Shown: positions 61,289 through 64,000 of the stretch, in pieces | Layout of the letters: each line of letters begins with the position of its first letter | How positions within the stretch are numbered: the stretch's first letter is position 1 | Assembly (NCBI GenBank): GCA_977030845.1 | Contig: OZ365112.1 | Location: 14,570,001 to 14,634,000 of the forward strand | Source of the DNA: Fimbriosthenelais zetlandica | Lineage: Eukaryota | Reading direction: 5' to 3' | Length of the DNA stretch: 64,000 nt | Made by a program: the position numbers and the translations under genes | Notes under the pieces: model-generated | What the model saw: the letters and a program-made list of their open reading frames with translations, nothing else | What the model was told of the DNA's origin: nothing | Databases searched by the model: none

Positions 61289-61575
61289 TTCCAAAACATG
61301 CAGTTGACAGCTGACCTCTAGGAACAGAAGACCGTCACAACCCATATAAGGTAATGTGTTTTTAACAATCAGAAAAGGCAAATCAGACAATATTACATAG
61401 ACACTAATTCTTGTATTTCATACAAATAACTAAATGCCTAAATCATAAAATTTAATGCAGGGAAATATTTCATTCGAGGCAACATAAACAAGACACGCGT
61501 CCGCCGGCGGAGTCGGTCCAGGCAAGATCCGTGACCAAAATATTTCCTTGTTCATGTCTGTTGTCAGTGTTGAGA
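61289..61575. promoter_or_regulatory. Bidirectional promoter between CAMLG and JMJD8
   Basis: Divergent ATGs 288 bp apart; CpG-rich segment near 61490-61530. Confidence 0.55.
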
Positions 61576-64000
61576 ATGGCCGTTATTCATGGGATTTGGT
61601 TCATTTCTATCACTTTAATCCTCGTGTCTTTTGCCATTGCCGTTGATGAGACAGGAGGATGGTAAGCATAATAATACTTCAAATATCGCCCACCTTGGAC
61701 CCGTTCGGCTGTCACGAGCCCGGGCACGGGTCGGCCGCTACCGGGGTACCATGTACACGCCTCCGGTAGACCTGTCTGACCATCCTACGATGCCGAGTAT
61801 AGGGCCTATATTATAGGCGTCGTATAGGCCTCATACCTACATGTACTTGACATATGTTACTATTGTTAGGTATTATTTTTACGTTTGGAAAGGTTCATCC
61901 TGTTACCTGTGTTTGTCTGTCAAACTTATAATTTATTTCAAAATTGACATTAGACTAGTCTCCTCTAAACAATATCTAAATATTATGGAAATCTTTTTTA
62001 TTTCAGAATAGAGATGGACAATTTTATTTATTTCATGGCAAGAAGGGAGACGGAAATATTTATTTCATGATTTTATTTACCGGTATATGATTTTATTTAT
62101 TTTATATAAAATATTCATTGCGCCGTCTCTTGTAGGCCTATCAATTTATTTAGGGTAGCCTATATTTCATCCTATTCCCGACAAAATGATTTATTTCATC
62201 TACAAGTATATTCCCCCAAACTTTATTTATTAAAAAAAATTCCAGACCCCCCACTCCCTGGTATTCTTCTGGTCGTAATGCCTGATGATGAGGTCGTGAT
62301 ATTATCTAATATCTGCAATCATGTATAACAATTAACGTACCTTTATATGTTCTTATTGCAGGTGGACTGATACAGAGGGTGTTATAGCTCATCCAGGCCC
62401 GTGTAACATTGAAGTCAGAGACTCAACCCTTTCCCAGGCAGAATTTTTACAGAGGTATACCGGTATTACTTAGTTCTAGAGTCGGCCTGCCGATATTTTT
62501 AATCAAGTTCGGTAGGGTAATTCTGTTGGTTAATTAGAGTAATGCCGATATTTGTGTCCCAAATACATATATATAATTCCATAATATTCCTTTCTTCAGG
62601 TATGCATATCAAGCACCTGTCATAATAAAACGAGATGCCGAAAATGAAGTAAGTAGGCTTAACAACTATTCTGTACTTTTCAATATATGGAATGTATATT
62701 TTATCTATATTACTGATAACATTAATGTTTTCTGCATACGAAAATATACACTTTTTTTTATTTATTTTACAGGCCTACTATGCACATCTACCGGTCTGTT
62801 AATTGTTGCCTGTTATTTTTGTTATTTAACTTCTTAGGAATTTAGGAAAATGTGCTCCAAAGAAAATATGCTTCAGACCCATGGTCATCATGTTGTTCGA
62901 CTCAGTTCTGCAAACACCCATTCGTATGAAAAAGGCAGGTACCTGTACCAGTTATTGCATAGGAAACTTTATCTGTGTTACTTGCCGATAATAAATACCT
63001 GTGTACATGTTTAAGTCATAAGCAACAAGTATAGAAATTACGCTACCAACTGATACTCGTTCATATTAATATATCATGAGAATTTTTATTACATGTCGTA
63101 ATCCTATATTGTAGTTGATGTTACGTTAAAGAAATACGTCAATGAAATAATGAAACCTCAGTCCATCAAGACTCTGGGAAATGGTAAGATATCTGTCCCT
63201 ATCTTCGACTCTATCTTAAGCATACATGTTTATGGGACCTTCCATAAATGACGTAACGGTGGGGGAGATGTGTCCACATTAGGGTTCGTTACATAATATA
63301 TGGACAGTCCCTATGAAAGATAGGCTACACCCTAACATAGTATTCCGCTAATTGATAAAGTGATTTATGGATGATTTCTTATTAGCCATATTGATCACAT
63401 CCAAATTTGAGTTGAGATGCTAAGTGTGTGCTAAATACACAAACACCACAGAGTTCCTGGCTTCTCGAGCTGTTCCAACACACGGGTGGGGATTCTATGC
63501 TAACTTGTATATTCCATTCATTGCAGAAACTTTATACTGGTTTGGAGATAACAATTATACTGAATGGGAGGATTTGTTTAACATCTACAAACAACCGCAA
63601 TACCGTTTACCACTGCATACTGGGGTTTACAGTTTTGGAGTAGCAGGTTAGATTTTATATTTAGGTTATATTTATTCCTCCAGTTGATTTGATATAAGGT
63701 AGATTAATATTCTTCATTCAGCTGGTTTACTCAGGTTTTATTCCGTTTCGATCTTACAGGTGCGGGGACGGGTGTTCCATTCCATTTCCATGGTCCAGGA
63801 TTTGGAGAAGTGATTTATGGTAGAAAGGTAAGTTATTTAGGAAAAGACATTATTACGACCGCTTTTGTTATGAGGAGAGAACTATTGGAATGGTTGACTT
63901 ATAATATTCTTTAATATTTCTTAATATTCCTTGTGATCTGTTTCTGTGACAGAGATGGTTCCTTTACCCTCCTTATAAAGAACCAAAGTTCCATCCTGAT
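61576..64000 (+). CDS. JMJD8: JmjC domain-containing protein 8; 3' end runs off the window
   Basis: Signal peptide exon, then GPCNIEVRD, VVRLSSANTHSYEK, TLYWFGDNNYTEW, YSFGVAGAGTGVPFHFHGPGFGEVIYGRKRWFLYPP. Confidence 0.95.

Overview
AT-rich, intron-rich animal (invertebrate-type) genomic DNA with eight protein-coding genes. In order: ZNF207/BuGZ (-, 3' end off-window), an intronless ELOVL6-like elongase (-), TXNDC15 (+), a complete axonemal inner-arm dynein DNAH3 (-, about 68 constitutive exons over 38.5 kb), SLC25A10 (-), TFAM (+), CAMLG/GET2 (-) and JMJD8 (+, 3' end off-window). Six of the eight genes form three tight head-to-head pairs. I traced all exon junctions by hand and the reading phases close. 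Two introns close only with GC donors (TFAM, JMJD8). The main unexplained structure is inside DNAH3. Most of its long introns in the tail, linker and AAA2-AAA6 regions contain one to three tiny segments (6-51 nt) with acceptor and donor signals, each a multiple of 3, stop-free and phase-matched to the host intron. This looks like a combinatorial micro-exon cassette system on a ciliary motor. One cassette sits in both copies of a recent 0.5-kb tandem duplication. These exons are sequence-based predictions only and need RNA evidence. Gene names come from remembered protein motifs, not database searches.
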